A DNA stretch of 64,000 nucleotides from Candidatus Bathyarchaeota archaeon (GTDB lineage Archaea; Thermoproteota; Bathyarchaeia; Bathyarchaeales; DTEX01), in assembly GCA_018396995.1 (NCBI GenBank), contig JAGTQB010000001.1, positions 67,584-131,583 on the forward strand, written 5' to 3'. Position 1 is the stretch's first letter; every line of letters begins with the position of its first letter. Under the pieces are notes generated by a model. The model was given only the letters and a program-made list of their open reading frames with translations, made no database searches and was not told the origin of the DNA. The position numbers and the translations under genes were made by a program. Of the stretch, positions 19,825-29,401 are shown one piece after another.

Positions 19825-21206
19825 AGCGCCACCAGCACTACAACATCATTAACATTTGTTCCAGTTGGGCCGATGAAAATAAGATCCCCAAGGTGCCTAA
19901 AGAATGTATAAGAATCATTATTGAGTAGGTATTCTTCAGGACTTAAACCCATGCCCCTAGCCCTTTCAATGGTTGATCCATCAGCAATAGCCCCAGCAGC
20001 ATCCGTTGGGCCATCAACACCGTCAGTGCTGAAGGACGCTATAGTAACACCCCTTAACCCAGATATGCGTAGAGCGGCTGAGAGAGCTAGCTCCTGATTT
20101 CTACCACCCCTGCCCTTACCAGTAACTATTACAGTTGTCTCCCCACCAGCGACTACGCCAGCAGGGCGCCTTACTGGATTTCCTGAGAACACAACCTCCC
20201 TAGCTATGCTACCAAGGAAAGAGCCTATGACACGAGCCTCGCCCTCCATATAAGTGGTCAATAATAGTGTGTTTAAGCCTTCCTCAGTAAGCTCTTTTAT
20301 GGCAGCCATGCACGCCAGCCTATTATTTCCAACAACAAAATTGTGCACCCTCTTGAAGCAGGGTTCCCCAGCCTTAGGAGTTTCCTCAACTAGACCCATC
20401 TCCCCATTAATTAAAAGCTTTCTGACCGATTCCGGAATACTTTCCCAGACGTTATATTTCTTCAGAACGCTTACCGCATCTTTGAATGTTGTTGAGTCAG
20501 GAACAGTTGGCCCGGAGGCTATCACATCTAGCGGGTCTCCGACAACGTCGGAGAGCAGTAGGCTTATTACTGTTGCTGGGTAAGCGGCTTTGGCGAGATG
20601 CCCGCCCTTAAACATTGACAAATGTTTTCTAACGGAATTTATCTCATCTATTTTTGCACCACATTTAAGCAAGATGTCAGTAATCCTCCTCTTATCCTCA
20701 AGGGATATTCCCTCACGGGGATAAGCCATTAGGCTCGACCCTCCTCCGGAGATGAGACATAGAATTAAGTCTGACTCACCAGCGCCCTTAACTAACTCAA
20801 GTATCCTCTCAGCGCCTTTGACGCTGCTTTCATCCGGAATTGGATGGCCCGCCTCATGAAGCCTAACAAACCTAACATTAACCTTTCCTGCTGTGCCCCG
20901 TGGGACAACAACTATTCCATCGCTTATCTTATCGCCTAAAATCTCCTCTATGGCCTCAGCCATGTATCCGCTGGCCTTACCGCCGCCCACGACGAATATT
21001 CTATTAAAGGATTTAAGGTCGAATGTCGCCCCATCAATGATGAGCTTCTCACCAATAACCTTAACCCTGGAGTGAATAATGCCCTTAGGATCAGCCGCCT
21101 CAATAGCCCTCTCAATAGCATTTAGGATTATCTCCCTAGCTCTTCGATCGAGATTTGAGGATGCATTACCTAAGATCTCATCCCTATTCTTAACCCTAAC
21201 GCCCAT
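19821..21206 (-). CDS. Glycerate 2-kinase (MOFRL family)
   Basis: GGGKAS, HPIPD, SGGGSSL, ASGPT, GGETTV, GGRNQE and TGTNVND motifs; start placed at ATG 21206. Confidence 0.93.
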   Translation of the reverse strand: MGVRVKNRDEILGNASSNLDRRAREIILNAIERAIEAADPKGIIHSRVKVIGEKLIIDGATFDLKSFNRIFVVGGGKASGYMAEAIEEILGDKISDGIVVVPRGTAGKVNVRFVRLHEAGHPIPDESSVKGAERILELVKGAGESDLILCLISGGGSSLMAYPREGISLEDKRRITDILLKCGAKIDEINSVRKHLSMFKGGHLAKAAYPATVISLLLSDVVGDPLDVIASGPTVPDSTTFKDAVSVLKKYNVWESIPESVRKLLINGEMGLVEETPKAGEPCFKRVHNFVVGNNRLACMAAIKELTEEGLNTLLLTTYMEGEARVIGSFLGSIAREVVFSGNPVRRPAGVVAGGETTVIVTGKGRGGRNQELALSAALRISGLRGVTIASFSTDGVDGPTDAAGAIADGSTIERARGMGLSPEEYLLNNDSYTFFRHLGDLIFIGPTGTNVNDVVVLVAL

Positions 21207-21273
21207 ACCACCACAAAAAACAAATACTTCGCTTAAGGAAATATATAAAGTTAAGTGGCTGGTGGATCTTTTA

Positions 21274-22338
21274 TTGAGGGAAACTTTAAGTTCACCTGTA
21301 GTCCGTGAATCCATCTTTTATAGGCGGATCTCTGGGGATAAGGTTGAATGTGCGCTCTGTGAGCGAAGGTGTATAATTTCTTCTGGGGAATATGGCTTCT
21401 GTAAAACTCGCTTAAACATTAACGGTAAGCTCTACACAGTCGTCTATGGCTTCTTAAGCGCTATAGAAAGTAGGCCAATTGAGATAAAGCCATTCTTCCA
21501 TTACTGGCCGGGCTCAACGGCCCTCACATACTCAACATGGTCATGTAACTTTCTATGCCCATGGTGTCAAAACTGGACACTATCAAAGCACCCGCCAAAC
21601 CTGAAAAACATAGAATATTACACTCCAGAGGAACTCGTTGATCTAGCTATAAAATATGGTGACGAGGGCCTATGCTCAAGCTTTCAGGAGCCAACCCTCC
21701 TGACAGATTGGAATATTGATGCATTCAGGGTTGGGCGTGTGAGAGACCTCTACGCGTGCTATGTCTCTAACGGCTATATGACTCTAGAGGTCTTAAGAGC
21801 CCTATTTGAGTCTGGTATGGATGGGCTGAAGATCGACATTAAGGGTGACCCAGAGGTTTATGAGAAGTATTGCGGTGGAATAGATGCGGATAAGGTTTGG
21901 AGGAATGCCAGAGAGGCAAAGAGGATGGGTTTTCATGTCGAGCTGGTTAACCTTGTGATCACAGATGTTAATGATGATGAGGAGTGTCTGAGGAGTGTAA
22001 TAGAGAGGGCTATTAAGGAAGTTGGCCCGGACACGCCCATACACTTTACCAGATACTACCCGGCATATAAGTTTGATAAGCCCGCAACTAACATAAAGAC
22101 ACTCGAGGACGCCTACAAGATGGCTAAGAACCTTGGTGTATTATATCCATATATAGGTAATGTTCCAGGACATAGATATGAGAACACATACTGCCCAAAC
22201 TGCAATGAAGTCTTGATAAAAAGGTATGGTTTCAGCGTCATACGCTATAATATCACTGAGGATAAGAGGTGTCCTAAATGCGGCTACCAAATAAATATAC
22301 GCGGCCAATATGTGAAAAAGAAGCGTGAGCTCATTTAA
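21274..22338 (+). CDS. AmmeMemoRadiSam-type radical SAM enzyme
   Basis: CALC...C, PIEIKPFFH, CNFLCPWCQNW, YIGNVPG and CPNC/CPKC motifs; start placed at TTG 21274. Confidence 0.88.
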   Translation: MRETLSSPVVRESIFYRRISGDKVECALCERRCIISSGEYGFCKTRLNINGKLYTVVYGFLSAIESRPIEIKPFFHYWPGSTALTYSTWSCNFLCPWCQNWTLSKHPPNLKNIEYYTPEELVDLAIKYGDEGLCSSFQEPTLLTDWNIDAFRVGRVRDLYACYVSNGYMTLEVLRALFESGMDGLKIDIKGDPEVYEKYCGGIDADKVWRNAREAKRMGFHVELVNLVITDVNDDEECLRSVIERAIKEVGPDTPIHFTRYYPAYKFDKPATNIKTLEDAYKMAKNLGVLYPYIGNVPGHRYENTYCPNCNEVLIKRYGFSVIRYNITEDKRCPKCGYQINIRGQYVKKKRELI

Positions 22339-22346
22339 CAAGCACT

Positions 22347-23186
22347 CTAAATGTAGTGGCCGAGCAGTAATGCAGCTGATACCGCAATGGCTATTACCAC
22401 GAATGTTTGAAAGAAGATCACTTTCCATGACATCCTCGCCTTGCGGGAGCGGTAGTATACCAAGAAGACTCCTATCATAGCCCCAACTATAAGTAGTGAT
22501 AGGAGTATATCGGTGGGGTATGGCAATAATAGGAATGTCACAAGTGGTATTATGCCTGATATGAAGGTTGTTGCACCACACGCTAATGAAGCAAGCATAC
22601 TAAATCTGCTTCTCTTAGAGCGCAATAGGTTAAAAATCCCCCTTGTCAACAACATAGCTCTTTCCCTCTCCTTTGCATCAGAGATATCGCTTAAACTGTA
22701 GGATATCAAGTTCTGTAGTGTTTCTAGATCTGCTAGATCCTCAGTTATCCCACCTAGTAAGAAGCTTGAGAAGTTCGTTAGGGCAACAACCGCTAAGCTC
22801 AGTAAGGAAGCAATGAGCGCAACTTTTGACGTTAAGCCAGCTATAAGCGATGAGATTATTACAACGAGGCTGGTGATGGATCCGTCGGCTATTCCTACAA
22901 CAACCTCTAATATTGGCTCATATTTATAGAGGAAGCTCCTCCACGCGGAGCTTATGCTAGCACCCCTACTTGTCAGCTTAATAGCATCTCCATAATCAAC
23001 TATTAAACCTTCCTCAACCATGCTTCTAAGAGTTTTATTAAAATCCCCCTCATCCACACACAAATATCCATCACAAATGTTCCTTATCCTATGCTTTAGC
23101 TTATCCTTTGAAATCCCTCTTCTACCACATTCCACTAGAATTAAAGTTCTTAGAAGGTCTTCTAAATCCTGAATCTCAAGGGACAA
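22347..23186 (-). CDS. Membrane protein: N-terminal winged helix plus VIT1/CCC1-like domain
   Basis: EGLI...IKLTSRG wHTH signature; VVVGIADG VIT1-like first TM motif; about 5 TM segments. Confidence 0.6.
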   Translation of the reverse strand: MSLEIQDLEDLLRTLILVECGRRGISKDKLKHRIRNICDGYLCVDEGDFNKTLRSMVEEGLIVDYGDAIKLTSRGASISSAWRSFLYKYEPILEVVVGIADGSITSLVVIISSLIAGLTSKVALIASLLSLAVVALTNFSSFLLGGITEDLADLETLQNLISYSLSDISDAKERERAMLLTRGIFNLLRSKRSRFSMLASLACGATTFISGIIPLVTFLLLPYPTDILLSLLIVGAMIGVFLVYYRSRKARMSWKVIFFQTFVVIAIAVSAALLLGHYI

Positions 23187-23319
23187 TTTACGTTATCCAC
23201 CGCTCTCTTGCGGGAAATTAGTAGATTAATACGGAAAGTATAAACTTTTCTCAAGGTTAATGGCTCATCACATTTAGAGAGACTTTTACTCCATAAATGC
23301 TCCAAGGATATTACAATAA

Positions 23320-24012
23320 TTAGACGTACTGTATGTAAAAGTGAGCTACTTCGCCTAAGTGGACTATGAGGTTTTGGAGGAAATCATTTATTTGAAGTAT
23401 TGGCACTATGGGTGTTTTTTCATGAAATTTATATTGTGAGGGGTACAACGAGAGAACAACTGGCACAAAGTATGCATGTTCCCATCCACCTATACCAAGC
23501 TTACCCCTAATGCGCCTTGAGACGTCAGCCAAAGCCCTTGTCCTCTCAACCTGATCCCTAGCCGCCTCAGCGCTAGCTGATCCACTCCAGCCCCGGCGCC
23601 AATGCTTACAGTCAGCGGAGATAACCAAAGGCTTCTTGACGCCAATTAAGTCTATCTCCCACCTCTTCCCAAACCATCTAAAGCGGAAATTCATGATAAC
23701 CTTAAATCCATTTAGCTCCAGGGACTCTCTTGAGAACTGCTCGAACTCTGACCAAGTTAGAAATCTTGCGACTCTCTCAACGTCAGAGCCCAAATTGATG
23801 GATCTAATAGCGAGCTTTAGACGCTGCTCCCCACTGGCAATAACCCTATCGCCATCCAGTCTCAATAGTCCAGTTTCATGAAGTCTATTCAGTGTCTCTA
23901 AGACCTCCGCCTGCGGCACTCTAGCATCCATGCAAATGCTTCTGATATCAGAGCTAGTTCCATCCCTAGTATTCTTTAGGACTGCTATTAAAGTCTCCCT
24001 CTCAGCAAGCAT
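23320..24012 (-). CDS. wHTH plus PD-(D/E)xK restriction-endonuclease-like protein
   Basis: WSEFEQF...EIDLIG...ADCKHW motif; N-terminal HTH-like segment. Confidence 0.7.
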   Translation of the reverse strand: MLAERETLIAVLKNTRDGTSSDIRSICMDARVPQAEVLETLNRLHETGLLRLDGDRVIASGEQRLKLAIRSINLGSDVERVARFLTWSEFEQFSRESLELNGFKVIMNFRFRWFGKRWEIDLIGVKKPLVISADCKHWRRGWSGSASAEAARDQVERTRALADVSRRIRGKLGIGGWEHAYFVPVVLSLYPSQYKFHEKTPIVPILQINDFLQNLIVHLGEVAHFYIQYV

Positions 24013-24049
24013 GGAACACACTAGCTAAAAGATTTAGATGCCCACAGAT

Positions 24050-24502
24050 TTAAATTATCTCGACGTGGACATTACGTACCTCGCTATTAACAATCCTATA
24101 TGCTGCAATCTCATAATTAATTAATGATATTATTAACCATATGCTCTCAGGCCAGAGTCTCATAAACTTTACATCAATATCAGAGGGGGTTGCGGAACCG
24201 GGGTGCGAGTGGAAGAAGCCGACGTGCCTTAACCCTTCATTCTCAGACCTCATTAGCTCGGCAAGAAATTCCTCTGGATCAATTTGGAACGCCACGGATG
24301 AATTAAGAATATTACTCAAAATGACAACCTTCTTGATCAATATTCTCCCATCACTATTAATTAATCCAAAAAGGGCTCCACAAATTTCCAATGGGTAACT
24401 CTTTTGAGCTGCCTTAATTAGCCAATCCACCTCTCTCTTACTTAACCTAATGATCAAACCCTCATCCTTGCTCATGAACTTAACTCCACTGTCATCATAC
24501 AC
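24050..24502 (-). CDS. JAMM/MPN+ (Mov34) metalloprotease, desampylase-like
   Basis: EICGALFG and FHSHP...PSDID (JAMM E-HxH-S-D) motifs. Confidence 0.9.
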   Translation of the reverse strand: MYDDSGVKFMSKDEGLIIRLSKREVDWLIKAAQKSYPLEICGALFGLINSDGRILIKKVVILSNILNSSVAFQIDPEEFLAELMRSENEGLRHVGFFHSHPGSATPSDIDVKFMRLWPESIWLIISLINYEIAAYRIVNSEVRNVHVEII

Positions 24503-24597
24503 CCATTACGTTTTTCACGCTTAAAAAACATTTCATCTCTCTTCTTTTAATAACCTTCTTATTAAGATAATTATCATTATGTTTAATATGAGCGGAC

Positions 24598-25875
24598 TTG
24601 ACCGACATTTGTCTCCTATTTGAGGTACACCAACCATTCAGGCTAAAACGTGATTTCAATATCGGAGCTGCTTTCCAGAGAGGGTTTAGTGCTGAGGAGC
24701 TACATGAAGTCTATTTTGACAATAAAGTTAATAGAGAGATATTTATGCGAGTCTCCAGTAGATGTTACTTCCCAGCAACTAAGATAATTTTAGAGCAAAT
24801 AGAGAAACACCGCGCTGGGAAGAAGCCGTTTAAGGTTTCCTTTAGTTTTTCCGGGACATTTCTCGAGCAGTGCGAAAGGTGGGGCCCAGACTTATTGGAC
24901 CTCTTCAAACAAATTGTTAATACTGGATGCGTCGAGCTGCTAGGCCAAACCTATTATCATTCATTGGCAAGCCTAAATACATATGATAAGGCAGAATTTA
25001 TTGAGCAGGTTAAGATGCATAGGCAGGTCATTAAAGACCTATTTAACTATGTTCCTGAAACATTTGAGAATACTGAATGTATATATAATGATGAGGTTGC
25101 CAAGACCGCTGAAGCCCTTGGATTCAAGACTGTTATCACAGAGGGCGTCGAGAGGATACTTGGCTGGAGGTCACCGAACTATATTTATAAAGCTAAGGGC
25201 TCCTCAGTAAACCTCCTCTTACGCAATTATAGGCTCTCAGACGACATAAGCTTCCGTTTTGCATCAACTTGGTGGGATCAGTGGCCCCTAACGGCTGATA
25301 AGTATGCTTCTTGGCTCGCCCATACACCGGGGCAAGTCATAATAATATTCCTAGACTATGAGACTTTCGGGGAGCACCACTGGGCTGAGAGCGGAATACT
25401 AGAGTTTCTCAGATGGCTCCCAACAGAGGTAGTGAAGTGGGATAATCTTTGTTGGTCTACTCCTAAAGAGGTTGTTCAGAAGTATGCTCCATGCGACGAA
25501 ATAGTTGTTCCGCCAGAGAGTACCATCTCATGGGCCGATGTTGAGCGGGATTTGAGCGCATGGCTTGGAAACCCGTATCAGATAACATTATTTGAGATAC
25601 TCAATGAAATTGGGCTCCTCGTCAAAGAATTGAACGATCCCAACTTACTCAGAATTTGGCGGCATCTGCAGACAAGCGACCACTTCCATTATATGTGCAC
25701 TAAGGGCGGAGGTTCAGGGATGGTCCATGACCTATTTAATCCCTATGGGGGCTCCATAGGGGCCTTAAAGGTTTATATGAAGGTTCTATTAGATCTGGGA
25801 GCTAGGTGCCTACTAATAAGTAGTAAACGTAGCTCAGCTAGGAGACGCTCACGAAAGATCGTGTCTATAAAGTAG
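24598..25875 (+). CDS. Glycoside hydrolase family 57 (alpha-amylase-like)
   Basis: FEVHQP, TYYHSL, NTE, LSDDISFRF, DYETFGEH and QTSDH motifs. Confidence 0.93.
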   Translation: MTDICLLFEVHQPFRLKRDFNIGAAFQRGFSAEELHEVYFDNKVNREIFMRVSSRCYFPATKIILEQIEKHRAGKKPFKVSFSFSGTFLEQCERWGPDLLDLFKQIVNTGCVELLGQTYYHSLASLNTYDKAEFIEQVKMHRQVIKDLFNYVPETFENTECIYNDEVAKTAEALGFKTVITEGVERILGWRSPNYIYKAKGSSVNLLLRNYRLSDDISFRFASTWWDQWPLTADKYASWLAHTPGQVIIIFLDYETFGEHHWAESGILEFLRWLPTEVVKWDNLCWSTPKEVVQKYAPCDEIVVPPESTISWADVERDLSAWLGNPYQITLFEILNEIGLLVKELNDPNLLRIWRHLQTSDHFHYMCTKGGGSGMVHDLFNPYGGSIGALKVYMKVLLDLGARCLLISSKRSSARRRSRKIVSIK

Positions 25876-26230
25876 AGGTTTTAGTCCTTCTTAACTCCTT
25901 CTCTTTAAGCCTTCTAACTTCGAGCTCTATTTCATCTTTTAATGTCCATTCATTAAACCATCTTTTACATTCGACACAGTAATGGGCATCTGGAGCATGT
26001 AGGGCGGGGTCGTCAAGGAATTTATGGCCAACTGGGCACCTTAGAAGATAGAGGCGTAACCGCTCATTTAGTGATGAAAGCTCGTTGGAGGATAAAGCTA
26101 AGGACTCCGTTATCTCATATATTGGATACTTTTCAAGGTAAAGAACTCTAACTATCTCCTCTTTAGACAAGCCAGCTGCCCGCATCTCACTTATACGTTC
26201 GGTAATCGGCTTCTTCCCCAAAAAAGTCAC
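25865..26230 (-). CDS. Hypothetical protein with HTH-like N-terminus and zinc finger
   Basis: CPVGH...CVEC motif; overlaps the AsnC gene stop (GTGA). Confidence 0.65.
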   Translation of the reverse strand: MTFLGKKPITERISEMRAAGLSKEEIVRVLYLEKYPIYEITESLALSSNELSSLNERLRLYLLRCPVGHKFLDDPALHAPDAHYCVECKRWFNEWTLKDEIELEVRRLKEKELRRTKTSTL

Positions 26231-26463
26231 CTAGCGTGGCTCACTAACACTATCCTCGTATCTGTTCCCTGAACTCCATTAATCTCCCTAATCTTAAACA
26301 CTATCCTGCTCAGCTCATCAACATTCTCCGCTGAGACCTTCGCTATTATATCAATATCCCCAGTAACTTCATATACTTCCTTAACACCATCAATCTCAGC
26401 TATCTTTGATGCAATTCTTGATACGGCGTCTATATTGACTCGGACAAATACAAATGCCAACAT
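26227..26463 (-). CDS. Lrp/AsnC ligand-binding (RAM) domain protein
   Basis: GVKEVYEVTGDIDIIAKV and GVQGTDT; no HTH. Confidence 0.88.
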   Translation of the reverse strand: MLAFVFVRVNIDAVSRIASKIAEIDGVKEVYEVTGDIDIIAKVSAENVDELSRIVFKIREINGVQGTDTRIVLVSHAR

Positions 26464-26578
26464 ACATTACTCCCAAAAAGATAGTTTCAGAAAATAACCT
26501 GTTAAATTTTTTTCTTAATTCCAAAATATTAGAAAGATTTAAGATATCTCAAATTTTCTTGTAGTTAGGAGAACTATT

Positions 26579-27826
26579 ATGGAAATAGTGTTTTTTACAT
26601 ATGAGTATCCTCCCTACCTAGTTGGCGGGCTTGGGACATATGCTGAGTACATAACAAGGGAATTTGTTAAGATGGGCCATGATGTCACCGTATTTGCTAT
26701 GCACACTAAGGATGCTCCAACAAGGGATATATATAGTGGAGTGGAGGTTCATAGACCAATAGTTGACAACATGCACATCAGCCTACTACTACCGATGTTC
26801 ATACCCGAGGAAGTGCAGCGGTGGAATGAGAATGGAAAAAGGTTCTTTGGAAGCGTCTTCCTCTACAATATATTGTCGGCAAGTAAACTAATAAATGATC
26901 TTATAAGGACGGAGAAGAGGAAAGTTGACATAATTGCTGCGCATGATTGGCTTGGCTCAATAGGGGGGATATTGGCTAGCAAGGGATTAAATAAGCCCCT
27001 CATATTCCATGTGCATAGCACTGAGCAAGGGAGGACTGGCAACGGTTCAGAAACCATAAAACGACTGGAGCGGCTCGCCGCCAGCTACGCCGACAGGATA
27101 ATAACGGTTAGTTACGCGATGCGTGACCACTTAGTAAGCCTAGGCTATGATGAGAAGAAGATCCGCGTTGTTTATAATGGCATAGATGTTGAGAAATACT
27201 CTCCTGAAAATGTTCCTCAGGAAGAAGCCTTGGCCATAAGGAGGAGCTTGGGGATAGCCGATGATGAATACATGGTTTTGTTCATAGGAAGGCTGACATG
27301 GGTTAAGGGTGCGGATACGCTGATATTAGCCATGCCTGAAATATTAAGCAAGGTGCCAAAAACAAAGCTAGTTATAGTTGGTGTTGGCGAGCAGGAGGAG
27401 CTGCTGAAGGAGGAGGTTACCAGACTCAATCTTCAGGATAGGGTTATACTCAAGTATGAATTTCTGCCGGAGGATCTGAGGATAAAATATTATGCGGCGG
27501 CTGATGTATGCGTCTTCCCATCAAAGTATGAACCATTCGGAATAGTCTGCACCGAGGCAATGAGCATGGGTAAACCAGTAGTTGTCGGAGCACGCGGCGT
27601 TAGCGGAATGAGAGAACAGGTTATCCCTTCAGGTCCATACCAAACTGGCTTTCACATAAATCCATATGACCCCAGCGACATAGCAAAGTTTGTAACGATT
27701 CTCTTAGAGGATGAGAAGCTCAGAAGGAGGTGTGGCGAGAATGCTAGGAGGAGGGTTCTAGAAATGTTTACGTGGAAGAAGGTTGCTGAAAATACCATAA
27801 GAATATATAAAGAGGTTGTTTCATAA
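26579..27826 (+). CDS. GT4 glycosyltransferase (glycogen synthase-like)
   Basis: YEYPP..VGGLG, HDW, HSTE and YEPFGIVCTEAM motifs. Confidence 0.92.
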   Translation: MEIVFFTYEYPPYLVGGLGTYAEYITREFVKMGHDVTVFAMHTKDAPTRDIYSGVEVHRPIVDNMHISLLLPMFIPEEVQRWNENGKRFFGSVFLYNILSASKLINDLIRTEKRKVDIIAAHDWLGSIGGILASKGLNKPLIFHVHSTEQGRTGNGSETIKRLERLAASYADRIITVSYAMRDHLVSLGYDEKKIRVVYNGIDVEKYSPENVPQEEALAIRRSLGIADDEYMVLFIGRLTWVKGADTLILAMPEILSKVPKTKLVIVGVGEQEELLKEEVTRLNLQDRVILKYEFLPEDLRIKYYAAADVCVFPSKYEPFGIVCTEAMSMGKPVVVGARGVSGMREQVIPSGPYQTGFHINPYDPSDIAKFVTILLEDEKLRRRCGENARRRVLEMFTWKKVAENTIRIYKEVVS

Positions 27827-27919
27827 ATTATTCCAAAAATTCTCCCTTTATGAAATCTGAGAGAAAGGGTAATAGGTTTGCTACTTATTATTAAAATTAA
27901 TGAAAAGTGTGTTGGCTGA

Positions 27920-29086
27920 ATGAATATATGCATGTTTACTTGGGAGTACCCGCCTAGAATAGTTGGTGGGATATCAAGACATTGTGAAGGATTAGCAAGA
28001 GAACTTGTTAAAAAGGGGCATACCGTCCATATAGTCACATTAGAGTTTCCTGGAGCACCACTTTATGAGGAGAGGAATGGCGTAAAAATACATAGGGTTC
28101 CCATAGAGCTGGGCCATCCAAACTTCATCATCTGGACACTCCTATTTAACCATTTTATGGAGAAGAGGATTGCCGAAATTAGTAAGAATGAGAAATTCGA
28201 TGTTATCCATGCGCATGATTGGCTTGTAGCACCCGTAAGCATATCCTCAAAACATTATCTAGGCGTACCACTGGTGTCAACTATACATAGCACGGAGGTT
28301 GGTAGAGCGCAGGGCCTTCATACTCAGGATTCATTTCTAATAGATGGTTTCGAATGGTGGCTAACGTATGAATCAAAGAGGGTGATCGCCACGAGCTACG
28401 CCATGAAGAGGGAGATTGAAGAACACTTTCACTTACCAAGTGAGAAGATAGACGTTATCCCGAACGGCATCGATGTATCAAAATATGAGGTTAATGTTGA
28501 ACATGAAGAAGTGAAGAAGAGGTTTAGGATAAACCCTGATGAGAAGATAATCCTCTTCGTTGGCAGACTTGTTCCCCAAAAAGGCGTAGAATACTTAATT
28601 ATGGCTGCCCCAAAAATATTTGAGCAGCATCCAGACAGCAGAATAATTATAGTTGGAAATGGCTGGATTAAGGATAACCTCATGAGCCTAGCAAGCTCCA
28701 CTAAATACTCCAATAAAATAACGTTCCTAGGTTTTTTGGATGATCGAGATTTAACTGAGTTAACCCTGTGCTCAGATGTCCTTGTTGTTCCATCAATCTA
28801 TGAGCCCTTTGGGATAGTCGCCTTAGAGGGCATGGCCGCTGGCGTGCCCGTCGTTGCAAGTAATGTTGGCGGTTTAGCTGAGATAATTGAGCATGACAGA
28901 ACTGGCTTCCTAGCTCATAAGGAGGATCCCGACTCAATAGCTTTTGGGATAAATAAAATTCTATCCGACCCGGAGTATGCACATAAACTTGCGCAAAATG
29001 CTAAAAGAAAGGTTTATGAAACATATAGTTGGGAGGCTGTTGCTAGGAGGACGATTGAGGTTTATAGAAAAGCCATCGGAGAGTGA
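27920..29086 (+). CDS. GT4 glycosyltransferase (glycogen synthase-like paralog)
   Basis: WEYPPRIVGG, HAHDW and YEPFGIVALEGM motifs. Confidence 0.92.
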   Translation: MNICMFTWEYPPRIVGGISRHCEGLARELVKKGHTVHIVTLEFPGAPLYEERNGVKIHRVPIELGHPNFIIWTLLFNHFMEKRIAEISKNEKFDVIHAHDWLVAPVSISSKHYLGVPLVSTIHSTEVGRAQGLHTQDSFLIDGFEWWLTYESKRVIATSYAMKREIEEHFHLPSEKIDVIPNGIDVSKYEVNVEHEEVKKRFRINPDEKIILFVGRLVPQKGVEYLIMAAPKIFEQHPDSRIIIVGNGWIKDNLMSLASSTKYSNKITFLGFLDDRDLTELTLCSDVLVVPSIYEPFGIVALEGMAAGVPVVASNVGGLAEIIEHDRTGFLAHKEDPDSIAFGINKILSDPEYAHKLAQNAKRKVYETYSWEAVARRTIEVYRKAIGE

Positions 29087-29090
29087 CTTT

Positions 29091-29348
29091 GTGCGGGATA
29101 AATTTTCAAGAATGCCAGACGACATATATCTTCTGCACATTATGCATAATATTGGCGCAATAGATTCTGAAAGAGCTCTTCCAGTAGAGGAGATAGCGCG
29201 CTGGGCCTCTATGGAGAAGCAGAGAGTTGAGGAAAACCTCAATAAACTGGTGGAAAAGGGCTACGCTACCCTCAGAGTAGACTCTGAAGTTAAAAGGTAC
29301 TTCGTAACAATTGACGGCATTAGGAAAGTCCTTAGTATCTACAGTTAA
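29091..29348 (+). CDS. Small winged-helix protein
   Basis: VEEIARW...LNKLVEKGYA...RYFVTIDG wHTH pattern; start placed at GTG 29091. Confidence 0.65.
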   Translation: MRDKFSRMPDDIYLLHIMHNIGAIDSERALPVEEIARWASMEKQRVEENLNKLVEKGYATLRVDSEVKRYFVTIDGIRKVLSIYS

Positions 29349-29401
29349 CTGATTAGATCTACCCTTCAACAATCCTTATTTTACTGTTAGCATAAGGGAT
29401 A

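Noticed and set aside
21079..21314. Apparent head-to-head overlap of glycerate kinase and radical SAM ORFs
   Set aside because: Artefact of longest-ORF starts. Plausible starts at 21206 (-) and 21274 (+) leave a short divergent promoter.
28977..29090. N-terminal extension of the small wHTH ORF
   Set aside because: Overlaps the GT4 gene 3' end by about 110 bp; GTG 29091 is the more plausible start.
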